In this document: piece after piece, positions 22,350 through 35,600 of the stretch
Numbering within the stretch: position 1 is the first letter of the stretch
Layout: every line of letters begins with the position of its first letter
Source of the DNA: Amoebophrya sp. A120
Taxonomy: Eukaryota; Protista; Dinoflagellata
Length of the DNA: 64,000 bases
Direction of reading: 5' to 3'
NCBI GenBank assembly: GCA_905178155.1
Contig: CAJINV010000003.1
Location: forward strand, 4,499,863 to 4,563,862
The notes under the pieces: generated by a model
Databases searched by the model: none
Seen by the model: the letters and a program-made list of their open reading frames with translations, nothing else
Told to the model about the DNA's origin: nothing
Made by a program: the position numbers and the translations under genes

Positions 22350-25300
22350 TCAGCTCTCGCCGTTCTCCGCCCGCTGCGCGGCCTCCAGGGAAACGACCGG
22401 CGGCGGGTTCGCGCGCCGCTCTTTCAGCAGCTTGTAGAGCTCGGGGCTCGTCACGGGCTTACTGAAGTAAACCACGCACACCCGATGCCCCTTGGCCCAC
22501 GGTTCGGTCGCGTGCGCGCGTTTCCCCGAGAAGCGGACCCAGGTCAGGTAGGTTTCCAGAAACTTCCCGCGAATCCCCTCGCCCTGCTGCCAGTCGCGCC
22601 CGTCGTATCTGCTGAGCGGGATCGTGATCGGATACCAAAACGGGTCGCCGCCCTCTTCCCCCGAATCATGCACGAAGAGCCTCCCGCACGGGTACCTGTT
22701 TGGTGATTAGAGTCTATCTGGCGCGCTCTAGTGAAAAACAAGCCGCCGCAGGCTTGCCCGGGCGACGAATGGCACCGGCCTGCCGCTGGTGGAGGCCGGC
22801 AAAATTGCAAAGCAAAAACAAAAAGAAAAACAGAGAATCTGCACCCCTCGGCCCCGTTGCTGTAGGTCCCGCCGGAGAACGTGGCCGAAGGCGCGCTGTT
22901 CTTGCCGTCAATGTGCACGGGCGTCTGCACATCGAGCCCGATGCCGATACCTGCGGATTGATGATTTTTTCAATTTAGAAAGACTAGCGCACCAGCTACC
23001 GCGCGCGCACGCTGCTAAGAAGATAGTCGCCAAGCTTGGAGAAACAAAGCGAGCCCATACCTGTCCAGAAGAACCCGCCGACACCCTTCGCCGCGCGGTC
23101 TTTGGCCACTGCCTCGGCGACGTCAGCACAGGCATCCCACACCTTCTTCTTCCATTTATCGTCGAACTTGGCCGCAATCGTATCCGGCTTCTGCCGGAAA
23201 TCGGTCAAGCCCATGCCGAGGAAGTTCACTTTTCCGGTGGCGTAGATGTTGCTCCTTTCTGCGGTCGGAAATCCGCTCTCGACGCGCGTCATGCAAAGGT
23301 CGACGACTTTCTGCATCTTCGTCTTGATATGTTCCGGCTCCTGCGCTGCCTGTTTGAAGAAACCCTTCGGGAGAGCGTCCTTTCTAGAAGTTTGCCGCAA
23401 AGCCTTTGCCATCAGTTCCGCCTGCTCCGCGCTCCTCTGCTCCCCCTTCACTCGCTTTGCAGTTTTTGATGCCGGGTTGAACACGAACTCGGGCTCATCA
23501 CCTTTGTCCCCTCGCAATTCCTCTCCGGCGAAAAATTTCGGCAGCTGGGATGCTCTGCTCTTGGACGTCTTCCGCGTCGCTGCTTCGTAGACCTTTCTCA
23601 TCGCAAAGACGCAGCGCTTAGTCCTGAGGTTCTGCTCCACACTGGCTGGCAACTGGGACGGGAGAAATTTCGACAACGGCTGCAGTGCTAGTAGCGGAAT
23701 AATCACCTGGTTAAGTTTTTTTTTCCTCTGAAGAAGAAAACGCGACATGATGCGCATACTGGACTCACATCTGCTGCACTAGAAGAAGCAGGAAGTGTAG
23801 AATCTGGCCAGCAAGAACAGCCTGCCGAGCAAGTCCAGCTGTACCTTTTGCCGTCTGCATTCCGCCTCGAAGCGGTGCGTCTTGTTTGTGGCGCTGTCTA
23901 CGACTCCGCGCCCCTCCGTTCCGGTTCTCCTGTGCTCGACGGCCCCCACAAGCTGCACCAAGCAGTCTCCCCCAATTGTTCGCTTGAGGTTCTCCCCGGC
24001 CTGGGTGGCGTTAATCAACTAAAGTATCCTCAAAAAAAAATCCATCTACCCAGCAGTCGAAGCTGCAGGCGTGACACCATGCAAAAGTAGCAAAATAGGC
24101 AAACGGCTGCCGCTACGTCTCCAGGCGCACACTGATACAACAGCCTGCAGCTTTGTATGTCGGGACAGATGGATCTTTCACTTGCTACGCAGACCGCCCT
24201 CTGGCTGCAAAGTCTCTGTGAGACAGCACTGCAGCCGTCTTTTGATTTCCCGAGTATTTTCTTCCTTTTCTTCCTTCGTATCCGGAACAGCAGCGCGCGG
24301 CTGGTTCTTCTGCCTGGCCTCATTCGCGCTCTGCTCCTCCGTGGTGAAGAAGGCGCCGTGCCAGTTGCGCTGTGCCTGCAGAACTCGTCGTCTCGTTGCC
24401 GCTGCTCCTGCGCCCGAATAATATTTCCTCCAAACACCGTGATACAGCCTGTTCTGCCTGGAGTCCAGGACCAACTTCTTCTGCTTCTCCGCGAGATCGC
24501 TCCCGAGCTTCAGGATCTTCTTGCAGCTTTCCTCGTCCCCCTCCAACAGCGTCCGGACCTGCTCCTGCACCTGCGGCTTCTTGATTTCCGGCAGCGAGAT
24601 GGGCCACGAAGTTCTGACGCAGTACTCCTCCCCCTCGAACCATTCGCCGACGTCGCGCCCCGCGTAATCATATGCATTGCAAACTTGTCCGGTTCTTTAT
24701 GAATGTTCAGGGCTGATGTGCGAGAGCGCACACATACTTGGATGCCCCTTGATATTTCAGCGGCTCAGTCACCAGAAAGATGCAGTGAGAAGCAGATAGG
24801 GTCTCTGCCATGCCTCCTGCGTGGCGCCTTTTCCGCGTTAGCAAGTTTGGCGCTGAGCTTTAAATTGGTCCGACATATAGCAGCCCGGACAAGTTTGCAC
24901 AAGATAAAGACCCGCCGGGATCCGCCGCGTTTGACTTGGCATCGTCTAGATTCCAAACATGCGGATAGTGGCGTCTTATCAAAGACACCGAGGCGACTTC
25001 CGCATCGCGCGAACCGTCGTCGCTGATCGCAGCCCACAGTCGCCGAAACCCGTTCATACAGGTCTCCTTCCTCGCATTGTGTTGCTTCCGCCAGGCGGCC
25101 ATTGCTTTTTCCGCATCGGTAGGTCCAGCTGGTCGCTTACTCTCCGTAGTTGCGGCGATCTTGCTAGAAGTGGAAGCGTTCACCGCAGAGCTCGTTGCAG
25201 GGGCGGGAGCGGTCAGGGACTTCGGCGGCTGCTCGTGAGCGATTTTCAAAAAATCTTCGTACTTGGCCTGCAGCTTCTCCAGTTTTTTCCCCCAGCTTAA

Positions 25301-25866
25301 TTTGCGCAAGTCCGACAGTGAGTCCCCCTTGTGGACCATTTCGTACTTTTCCAAGTCACTTCCTATGTTCCACCGTTGATTTTTCACCTTCTTCGAACCT
25401 GATCAGCAGTTAAGTTCCACTGCGTTGTTGTACACTTTTTACTTGCTAGAAAAGCGGAAGCCTTGTGAGGCCTAGGTGTGATGCATTGACATACCAGTAG
25501 AGACATGAGCTGTAGACGAAAGTGCCCAAGTTTAGTACTCAAGTCAACGATCGAAAAAATCAAATCGCGATCACGCCAAGAGCTAGTTGAGTAGGACATA
25601 CCAAACTCCTTGTCAACGCCGTCGTCGTCCTCGTCCGACTCCGCCCCTTTTCGGAGCGAGCGTCTTCCTTTATCGGGAATCGCTACTTTTTTCGTCAGCA
25701 GCTTGCTACTGTTCTGCTTCTTTGCATCCGCCTTGCCAGCATGCTGAAGTTTCCCTCCCGACGTGTTCTTCTTTCCATTTTTCGCTGATGCCCCGCCAAC
25801 GGATCCGCCGGCCTTCGAAGGATTGTTCGCTTTTGACGAACTTGACCCACCGTATGTCGTCGGCAT
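22350..25866 (-). CDS. Multi-exon protein with C-terminal 2OG-Fe(II) dioxygenase domain (TET/JBP/AlkB-like fold)
   Basis: Exons ~25866-25602, 25398-24907, 24665-~24181, ~24021-23845, 23706-23061, 22950-22845, 22695-22350. Spliced C-terminus FFWTGIGIGLDVQTPVHIDGKNSAPS…GRLFVHD…WVRFSGKRAHATEPWAKGHRVCVVYF = HxD…H…R. The last three exons join by GT-AG introns in frame; upstream joins are less certain. Confidence 0.75.
24671..24906. mobile_element. Introner-like TIR element, diverged (236 bp)
   Basis: TATGCATTGCAAACTTGTCCGG ... CCGGACAAGTTTGCACAAGATA; flanks AATCA/AAGAC (decayed); removing element plus 5 nt joins ADPGGS to YAGRDVGEWF in frame. Confidence 0.75.
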
Positions 25867-26776
25867 GTCGCTGGCTCCAGAGGTTCAGGTTGTGGAACGG
25901 TAAAAATGAATGAAAAAACAAGTAGAAGCAGAACAGTGGTAGCGACCCAATACGTACACGTAGTAGAGAAAAAGACTTGAGCAATAATTCAGTTGTAACT
26001 TTGACAACTTATTGGTATATGCGTTTAAAAACAAGTAAAAGTAGATCGATGTCGCAATAAACGACTTCGCTGGAGAAGTATGGTCGCTTGAAAAAAATCA
26101 AATTAGCTTGAACGCAAACTCAGTACAGAACAGCAATCAAATAATGTATCACAATCGTAAGAAAGTCTGCTGGTGATAACGCAACAAAAACAACGGACGG
26201 TCTACTGGAACTCGCGCCAGAATCGTAAAAGTTACTGTAGTTTTTCTATTTCTCAATCACATCCTATCAGTCTTTTTTTTTTTGAAATTTCATTGAATTC
26301 ACGAGTACGAAAAAACTCAAATTCGAAACAAGGAAAGTCGAAAGGGAAAAACAGAAGACGCAAGCGCGGAAAAACTGCCACGCCTTGATGAAGTAATCCT
26401 GCTATGGATTGGAGCTCGTTGTCTCTCCAAAAGTGTCAGCGGTGCTCTCACGTGAATAAACTTTTCACATAACTTCCAATATGAGCACGCTTGGCGAATC
26501 TTCCAATAAATTGCTACACGAACACTTGGCTGCAGGGTACTGTGGCTAAAAGTTAAACGGTACTCGGCTGAGGGACATAGACTGAGAATCCTCTTGCTCG
26601 TGCAATTTTTTGCGATTTTGTACCGGCGGTACGTATTACATTCAATCCGTCAATACTCTGAAGACAGCAGACCCACTCTACACCACGGGAGCTCGCAAAC
26701 AGGTCCAAGGCGCAAATCATTACAGCATGATGGCAACAGCCGTGCATTGGCGCAAAAAAAGTATCCTTCGTGCTTC

Positions 26777-29384
26777 TCACTGCTTCGCGTCGTCGTGATC
26801 AACCCACTGCAGGCACCTCTCGTACGCAATCTGCATCGCAAGCAGCAGAACCGCCTGCAGAAGACAGTACTTCTGCATGCCATTAGCGCCCGCCACTGTT
26901 TTCCGCGCGACGGGCGGCCCGCAAAAGCCACCCGATAGCTGGCACACCGAGAGCGCAAGCGCGACCCAGTTTGCGTCGCTTGTTTTCATCCGCTGAAAGA
27001 GGATCCCAAGCGTTTCTCGCTCCGCACCAAAAACGGAGAGGTAGAGCAGCGTGTTGCCGCACAGGAGAAGGATGACCCAGCCTCCACTGGAGGTTTGTGT
27101 GACTGTGCCTCCGTTCGGACCGTCTTCGATGGACCCGAGGAACCGACTACACCATGTCCCTACGCCGAGTAGAACGAGTATTCCGAGCAGGCCCACCGAC
27201 AGAAAAGCGCGGATCACAGGCGTGCGCCGTCCCGCCGGCCCAAACACTCCGCTCTGCTTCAAGTAGGGCGTCAGAAGAAACGCACTGACCCCGCCGCCAA
27301 TCGGGATGAAGCTGACGAACCCGATGTGGTCGTTTGGCCAGCCGAATCGCGTTTGCAGTGTCAGTGCCAGCGAGTCCTCCACTCCCGTCAACATCAACGT
27401 GCGCAGGAAGGCAATGCTGAGGGCACCGGCAAAGATGTTGAACCGCCTGCTTTTGCCGTCAACATCCTCCGTCACTTCTTCCGCTTTCCGAGACGAGGCT
27501 GCTTTTTTCTGCTCCAGCAGCGGTTTTTCGAGTGCCGGCTGTGCTTTTACAGCTCCTGGCCCAGGGTCATTGTCGAAAGTAGCCGCTACTTGGTTTATTT
27601 TCCCGGCCGTGCTGGAGGTACGATGTACAACAGACGCTGCAACAGCTCTGGTTGTAGATTTTTCCTCCTCTGTTACCCGTCCGGCCTGGAGGATTTCCGC
27701 CAGCGACTGGCGTGTCATATAACGAAGGTACAGCAGCGCCAGACCACTCCACGCAACAACGCCCATGATTCCCGTGCCCTCGTGTGCAAATGCGTCTACT
27801 TCCGTGGAGGAGCCGGCTCCGCGATCTTCTTCCCGTGTGCCCTGATCAAAATCGAAGTTGAAGTGCACGAGCGCCATTTCTGAGGCGGAGAAAACGGCGG
27901 CGCTCATGGAGCCGATGATAGCGAGGAGACCGAGCAGGGGTCCAAAATATGCCACGTGTTCGCCCGGGACGACGTATTTGACAAGCGGGGCAAGATATTC
28001 AGTCCAACCATGAAAAGCATCCCCGCCTCCACAGGATACAAACACGACTGACCGTCTCCTGATGCACCTCCAATGGGGTTTCGGCCTTTCGTTGCTTGGT
28101 GTTTATTCTCACAGCAGGCTTTGTTTCCGAAAACATTCTTTTTGTGCAAAAATCGCACACAAGTTATTCGAGTATGACTCAAATCAGAGGTAGAGGCGCT
28201 TTTCATGATGGTAAAGAGATCTGTGTGTTGATGCCGCGCGACCACCCGCCGACAAATCTTGCAAGGAGCAACACAGATAGTATCCCGCCGGAGTTGAGCC
28301 TTCTATAACTCTTCATGCAATGAATGTTGCTAAGTGATAGTGCTGTCGAACGCAGACTGACTGATGTGCTGCTCATGATGTTGGGTTTGAATATGCGCTT
28401 CCACCTTTTGGCTTGGTATAGCAAGACAAGACTCTGACTTGATTTCCAATTCTCGGCGGATACAAGATGTTTCAAAACCCGCGCCTTCCATTCTATCGGG
28501 TCCAGTTTCCGTCGTCGTTGCTCCCGGTATAATTCTAGCCGGTATCCTCGACAGACCGATACTGAGCAGCACCCAGGAAAAGATTCGGATTCCCGTTGAG
28601 TAAACGAAAATGGTCCGGATCGAAACCGTCTGTGCTCTTTCGGAGCGAAGAAACAGGTACGTGCAGAAAATTCCCGGGATGGCACCGAGGTTCTCCGCAC
28701 TGACCAAAAAGCCACTGATATCCTGAGTAAAAACGTCCCCACACCATAGTTGAGATGGGAAGTCTGCAACACAAAATCCCAAGTTTTGGGAGTTCTGCAT
28801 GACAAATTTCCATCTGCAGTGTAGGGCTGGCTAGCAAGTAAAGCCGCATGAGAAAGCCATTTCCTCATCCTGTTTACAGCATTACAGATACCAAAACACG
28901 ACTGGAAATGCCTCTCATGGAGTTGCGCATTACAAATGTTCCTGTCATTGCGCATTTGCATCACAACTATGGGGTGGGGACGTTTTTACACAGGATAACT
29001 GAAAGCAGCGCCTCGTTGCAACCCGAGCGCCACGTTGTAGGCATCCAGGATGACCACGGAGGTTGACCAGGCACCAAAAAAACCGGTTAAGGATATCAGC
29101 CCGTAGAGAATCTTCCACTCGTTACTATTTTTGTCCCCGGTTGTACTGCTGATGCTTCTACCCGAAGATGTCGCCAGTTTGGTTACACAGCTTTCTTGTG
29201 CGCCACACTTCCTGACGCGGCGAGCGAACAGCACGTATCCGATCAAAAAAGCTGCTGTAAAGGTCAGCGAAAAGAGCAGAGATATCGCGTCACTCCGAAG
29301 TTGCTCGCGGAGGCCTGCGGGGGCCAGATTCTCTTCAAGCGCCTCGCCAGGGCGGTCGTCGAGAGGTCGAACTTCTGCTCGCAT
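26777..29384 (-). CDS. Major facilitator superfamily-like transporter, multi-exon (middle junctions unresolved)
   Basis: Many TM segments; SVVILDAYNVALGL..GAAFS-GFLVS, LLLARFVGG, FGPLLG, GGFCGPPVAR. Junctions in ~28050-28480 could not be fixed. Confidence 0.65.
28719..28997. mobile_element. Introner-like TIR element, family B (279 bp), 5-bp TSD ACTGA
   Basis: TATCCTGAGTAAAAACGTCCCCACACCATAGTTG ... CAACTATGGGGTGGGGACGTTTTTACACAGGATA; ACTGA at 28714-28718 and 28998-29002; removal gives GAAFS-GFLVSAENLG. Confidence 0.95.
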
Positions 29385-30167
29385 CGTTTATTCGTGAGGT
29401 ACCTGCAGTGTTAATTACAAGTCAGCCAGCACGCCTGATCGAACGAAGTTTTGTGACAAGGATCTGTAGCGTCGACATTACGAGAACTTTGATCTGTGTT
29501 GCAATTGTGATCATTTTCCCGACCATAGAAGGAGCAGCGATTTCGATCATCACACCTATTGGACAACACAAGTTTAGAAAATTTCCGCAATCGCCCGGTC
29601 TGCAATTGCTGGTATTGGTTCTTATTTTCTTGGCTTCAGTCTCGTAGCCCGCTAGTTCGAAACAAAATCACGAAGCCAGAGAATTTGAATGTGCCCGACC
29701 TTGGACGGTGTGCTCTTCGGCTATGAGTCTCAGTGTGACAGCGCTACGTAATCAGCACTATGCATTTGCTGGACGCACTTCGAAGATTATTGTGCGTAAA
29801 CGAGACGACAAAATACCGTCGTCTTGGTGAGCTTGTTTTATTACGAAAAGAGAAGATTTTGGTCACAAACAAAAATGTATGAGTATGTAAAACACCGATA
29901 CTAATGTTATTGTTGCTCAGGTAATAAATCTAGGGAAGGAAAACTATGTGCAGCACTACTGCTGCGGAAAATTCAACAGTGCTAAATCACAAGGTGCTTG
30001 GGGAAATTATCGGCCCTGCTGCAGGGAAGAAGCAGTTGACATCAAAAGTCGTATGACATTTGTACCATATTCTTCACACACAAACTGAAACTTAAAAAAA
30101 ATTGCAGTCAAATTTGCAAATCCAGTTCACATAAGACCACAGTAATCAGATTTTCCCGATAAGAAAC

Positions 30168-31585
30168 TCAAGTAGCCCGCCCGGTTCGGTCCGCCTTTTC
30201 AAAGAGAATTCGGCCCGCCGCAGAGAGCAATTTGTCTCCAAGTTGGTTGTCCAGCGGCTCTACTGGGTAGGAAACGTCGCTCCGATCGATTGTACTGTCG
30301 CTCGCCATGCTGCTGGCGCTCCGCTGCGGAAAGATCTGATTGTCCGATACAGAAGCTTTCACAAAACCGTTGGTAATGGCCTCCGCCTCCGTGACCAAGT
30401 CCGGGAGCTCTGCGCAGCAAGAGAGTGCTTGTGTGAAGTCTTGGCCCACTGCCCACTCCGACGGCAGTGCCAGCGTCGGAATACCCGCAGCCAGCGGGCT
30501 CTGCATCGAAATCCAAGTGTCTTCCAGGGCCAGCAGACTCTTCGTCTTGATAACTTCCTCGAGCGCAGCCGGGTTCTCTGGTGGGGTGGGTGTCTGTTCG
30601 GGCAGGCCCGATCCGTCGTGCTGCTGCCCGGTGGAGCTGTCCTCTACTGCAGGCGACGCGAACTGCTTATGGAATGAAAATATGGGTTCCTTGTTGTGAC
30701 TGTTTCGAGACAGTTTGCAAGAAAACCAGAATGCAGCACAGAAACTACGCGTTTGCGTAGGTGCCTCTTGGGCAGGGACGCGGAAAAATGTGCCGTGCAA
30801 GTAACTTCGCACTCTGCAAAAACATGCACCAGGTGCGATTCATTCTATCGAGATATCATGATCCGTGCTTGATCTACTTCTCACTAAACAAAGCCACAGC
30901 GTTGCACCCCTTTTTTTCTTTGTTGATACAGCTGTCCCACAACGTATTGGTAGCAGTCCGGCTCGGGCTTCCCCTTGTCCGGGTACCGGACGCCTCGGTC
31001 GTCGGCAGTAATGTAGACGTCAAACAGGTCCCGCAGATTGAGCACGTCGAGAAATGCGTCGATCACAACCCGTTCCGTCGGGGCGCAGAAGCCAACCTTC
31101 ACGTTGTTGCGCCGCGCGGCGCGGAGAAAGGCTAAAACCCCGGGGCGCAGAGAAAATTGCACTTCCGGCGCAGTCGTCGCCCCATTCAGTTTTATTTGAT
31201 AAATTCTTTCCGCGAAAATCTCGGACTTGCGGTGGTGGATGCGGGCGCAGAGTTCGTCGCTCAAGTTGGTTTCGTCCTCTACCGCGTAGTTGTTGGAGAA
31301 AAATTCTCGCAGCCGCTTTGCGCCGCCCGTGGACGTCAGGGACGCAATGTACTGCTCGCGCGGCCACAGGATTTCCTCCTCCTCGAGACTGCCGTGGTCT
31401 TCCGGGGCGGCATCCAGTTTCGCCGGAATAATCAACTCGCCGCTGTCGCGGAACTCGCACAGCGCCTGGTTAAAACACCGCCACTGAAGACGGCTGCAGT
31501 GCGCAACTACACCGATCGACCCCACGATGACCGCGTCCAGGCCGCGGGGAGTATCCTCCGCGTGTTGCGGCGGTGCGCTATCCAT
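30168..31585 (-). CDS. HAD-superfamily (CbbY-like) hydrolase homologue, 2 exons (~383 aa)
   Basis: VIVGSIGVV…LQWRCFNQAL, STGGAKRL, LRPGV, KGKPEPDCY, ALEDT..SMQSPLAAGI; exons 31585-30929 and 30662-30168. Confidence 0.75.
30668..30928. mobile_element. Degenerate introner-like element (261 bp), near-TSD CTGCT/CAGCT
   Basis: TATGGAATGAAAATATGGGTTC ... GCACCCCTTTTTTTCTTTGTTGATA (weak TIR); 4/5 flank match; size like family A; element plus 5 nt removal gives VGQL-FASPAV in frame. Confidence 0.6.
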
Positions 31586-32241
31586 CGACTGAAGTTGGTG
31601 CACAAGAAGTTCGAAACTCAAAGTGTAATCTTTTTTCAATCGTATCGGCCCGGCAGCGCCAAGTGAGAAGCTCGAGGGTAAAAAGCTGATAGACCAGATG
31701 GAGTGCCTATTTGACTAGAGAAAAAAACTTCTAGTCAACTACAAACATAAACGCATATTTGAAAAGTTGTTGTTGGCAAGCTTTACGCTTGCTCTCTGAA
31801 AATGAGGTGGGGAAAGAGTTGTCCGAGGACCACGACCCGATGCAGAAGAGTAAGTGGATACAGATATACTCCAAAAAGGGGTTCAGGGTCCTGATCAAGT
31901 AGTGACGAAAAGTCATGGTCTTACCGAACATCGCAACTCAAACAAAAGTGGGCAAGCGTGGGGAATTTCATTCATTCACTCACGCAAGCTATTATCCTTC
32001 TTCAAGAGTTCTTTCTTCGGTTTCCCATCATGTGCTTACAAGTGTATCGCTTTGCTAAGAATCTTTGCACGTGGGGAAGATAATATGCAGTCACCGAAAT
32101 AAGCTCACACCGGCGGAGGCCACAGCACAGAGAATGTTCAACCGACTATTAGCTGCCACTTTATACGTCAGTTTACTTTGCGACACACCGACCAAATGAA
32201 CATAGAAATGCAAACGCGGACACGCGCCAAGGACTGTTCCA

Positions 32242-32474
32242 TTTGCATGCCGCTCTCTTTCAAATACGTAGTGCATTGAGTAAAGTAGACAAAACATTCA
32301 AGCTGGAGATAATTCGGTCTTCTTGATCGGCTAAGAACCGATCCGATATCATGCATGAAATGAGAATCAAGGTTTCTGGTATTGTATGTCTGTCTGGATG
32401 CGACGACCTCTTTTCTAGATGCTTATTTTCCACCGTAAAGACCACGATCTTACTGAGATCGTAGAATTTTTTCA
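32242..32474. repeat. Dispersed diverged direct repeat, copy 1 (~235 bp)
   Basis: Colinear blocks shared with 37274-37530, incl. identical GTCTTCTTGATCGGCTAAGAA (32317-32337), CGATATCATGCATGAA, GAATCAAGGTT, TACTGAGATCGTAG. Confidence 0.85.
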
Positions 32475-32682
32475 AAAAATATTCTCAACAACAAATTACT
32501 TGTCCACGTAGTGCGTGAGGAACAATCAAACATTGTAAAAACCTCTATAAGGAATCGAAATTCACATGTCAAAAAACATCATATACGGGTACAAAAATTG
32601 AACGTGTAAATACACCATAGCTTCTGTTTCATCATATTTGCATGTGTGAGGACAGCCGCTGCGGTCGCTAGCCTTATGGCGC

Positions 32683-35600
32683 TCAGGAAAGGCCGCCCTT
32701 CCTTCGCTCATTCCCAGGTTTGCCGCGCCCCTTCCGGGACATGCCCTTGGCCGCATTACTGAAATGGTACTCCAAACGCTCGCTCCGTTCCGCAGCCTTC
32801 TTGTAGAACCGGTCCAGGAGCTTCGTCGCGTGCGAGAAATTGTTGTCACCTGCAGCTGTAGTTCTCACACCCGCTTCCGCGACGAACTCGATTCCGATGC
32901 GCTGAAAAAACGTTTCCCAACTACTCACGGCCGTGTTCGACGTGAGTTCCTTCACTTGCTGCCGCAACTCCGCTACTAACGAGGGTGCAGGCACGCCCTT
33001 GGTCCGCTCGTAGGCGTGCAGGGCACAGGAGGCTGCTGTGCACACTGTCTTTATTTTATTTGTCGCAGCTTCACCTCCGTTGGACGAAACTTCTTCGTGT
33101 ACGTGCGGCTTCCGGGCCACCTTGGTCAAGAACCAGTAATGAAACATGAGCAGCCTGCGTCCGACCACGGTGTGCTGGAAAAGGTGCTTCAACCGGGTGT
33201 CCAAGTCGTAGCTCTGCTCCCAGCGGCGCAGGGTCCACTGCTTGTGCTCGTCGAATACCCACTTGATCGCCCGGGCCGCGGATTCCTCGAAAAGCGGCAA
33301 CACCACGTCGTGCCAGTCAAAACTGTTCGACACGGAAAGCAGGCAGAGAAACTCGCCCAGGTCCGGCACGTTTGCTTTGCTCCGAAAGTCTTCGTGCTGG
33401 ATGAAGTTTTTCAGAATCACGTCAATCTGCCGCCGTAGCATGGGCTTCTCCTCGCAGAGCAGAAGAAACGAGTGGTGAAAACCCAGGTACCCGGCGAGCG
33501 CTTTTTCCGAAGCAAAAACGTCCCCCTTCATCAGATGGACCAGTTGGCCGTTCATGAGCTTCAAATAAGTGTACAGCACAGACTTGACGAAGCACTGCTC
33601 CACTTGCTTGGTCAGTTTCACGCCATGGCAGAGCTGTTCCTGCGCTTTGCTGTCATAGTGCAGTTGCTCAAAACGGGGGCTTTTGGCTTTCCTCGAGGAC
33701 GATTGTTGCTTGACTATCAACTTCTCCGACACGGAAGAGATGGCGAGGAACCGCGGCTGCTTCGTTGCGGAGCCGTTGTGCCGAACTTCCACCCAATTGG
33801 TTCCGAGATCGTTGGCATCGTCCTCACCCTCAGCTCCGGACCCTGCGGAATCTGCGAAATCGTGGCTCCGGATTTCGTCCGCGTCGCTGTGATCCTCTGT
33901 TCCCGAAAAGAACTTCTCTGCCATTTCACAATCACCCTGAAGATTTGACTCCGAGTCTGAGGTCGACGTGTCTAGCAACAGATGAAAACGATTGCTGCTT
34001 GGGCTCTTGTCTTTTTCTGCCTCGTCGGAGGGGGCGAGCGCGGACCGCAATCTTGTTCCCCCGCCCGTTGCTTCAGGTTCAGCTAGGTCACGGCCATAAC
34101 TTTTGGCCCCTAGAATTCCCGCCGCACCGAACCGGCTGCTTGTGGTCGTTGTTCGCTTACGCAGTTGATACAATTCCAGCAAGCACCCCTCCAAGAAGCC
34201 CATTGCGCTGTCAAAATGCCTCCGGTCTAGCGCAACAGGGAGCCAAAAATCGATCGCCTCGCCCAACGGCGCCTTTCTCACACGCAGATCGTGGAACGCT
34301 TTGTGTGAAAGCAAGTCGTAGATACAGCAAAACTGCTGCGTGTCGCCGTGCCCGGTCGCGTTCAGCTGCAAGCCGACGCCAAGGAGGTCTTCCAGCGGTA
34401 CGGGAGAAGGGCGCGGACTAGTACGAGAGAAAAGCGCATGATCTGGTGCCAAACCAGAAACTGGCACTCTGGTTGCGTGTCCTCGTCGCGCATCTTCTTC
34501 ATACATTTTTTTGGTGTAGAAGCATTTCAAAAACTGCGGCCGCTCGAAAAACAACGTCAAGCGCTCGTCGGATAACTTGCGCCAGTCTTGCGACACATCC
34601 AGCAGCACGTGCAGATCAGTGTGTGTGAAGAACGGCAGTAAAACTTCCGCGACGATTTCAGGAAAAAGTTCCAGGAACTCGGCGACGTCGCCGGCATCCG
34701 GATCCGCTTTTCGTGTTCGCAGAGTCGCTTTGGGTTCGCTCGAAACCGTTTCGAGATATCGAACATTCTCGGATATCGCACGGTTGGGGCGAAAGAGCTC
34801 CTGGGCGTCAAGCTGAGCTGGTCCAGCATTGCGCAGATTTTTTTCGTCACGGGGGAGAATCACCTTCGTGTTGACGCTTTTAGAGATTGGGTTTCCGGTA
34901 ATGCCCGCCCTGCTGCCCAGATCTGCGCCATTGTCGTACCCAACCGCAGAGATTAGCTGGCGACTCTTGCATCTTTCTTCGAACCGGAGCTCAAGTTTCT
35001 TGTTCCGCTCGGCTTCCCATTCCTCCACGAACAGTGCCTCCCTCTCGCGCCGGAGCAGCGACGACTCCTCATACGAAAGATTCGGCTTTTCCGGGAGAGC
35101 GCGCTCCCAGGGCGGTTCGCTGTAAATGCGATCGTGACTATCATGGTTCAATGCGCGAGAAGTGGAAAGAGCGTACTCATTCGAACAACGCAATTCCCGC
35201 ATCGGAAAGCTGCTCAGTTGCCGCTGATAGGCCTGCCGTCCCAGTGGTTGAAATGCTAGAGGCTCCAGCGCGCAGATGAGTTTCATATCCGCGTCCGCAG
35301 GCACCGGGGTGACAGTGGCAGCTTTCGCATGCGGCAAGAGCGTAAGGCTGTCGACAGCTTCTGCACCAATCTCGTTTCCGGCCGCCTGCAGGACTGGGAA
35401 AGAAAAAGATGCTGCAGCAGGCCGAAACACCACATCAAATTTGCAAGTCGACCACAGGGGCAGACTCAGTCGCAGCATCACTTCCTTTTCGAGGAAAAAC
35501 GCGTGACGCGTTCTGTGCATCGCCGGATGAGCAGCTCTTCCCGGTGCGATTGTAGTCGCATTGGTCACCGTGCCGTCAGCAAAGCGATGCCGCGCCACTA

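Noticed and set aside
32317-32337. GGCTAAGA resemblance to the U2 snRNA 5' end
   Set aside because: No following GTGTAGTA branch-pairing sequence and no Sm site context.
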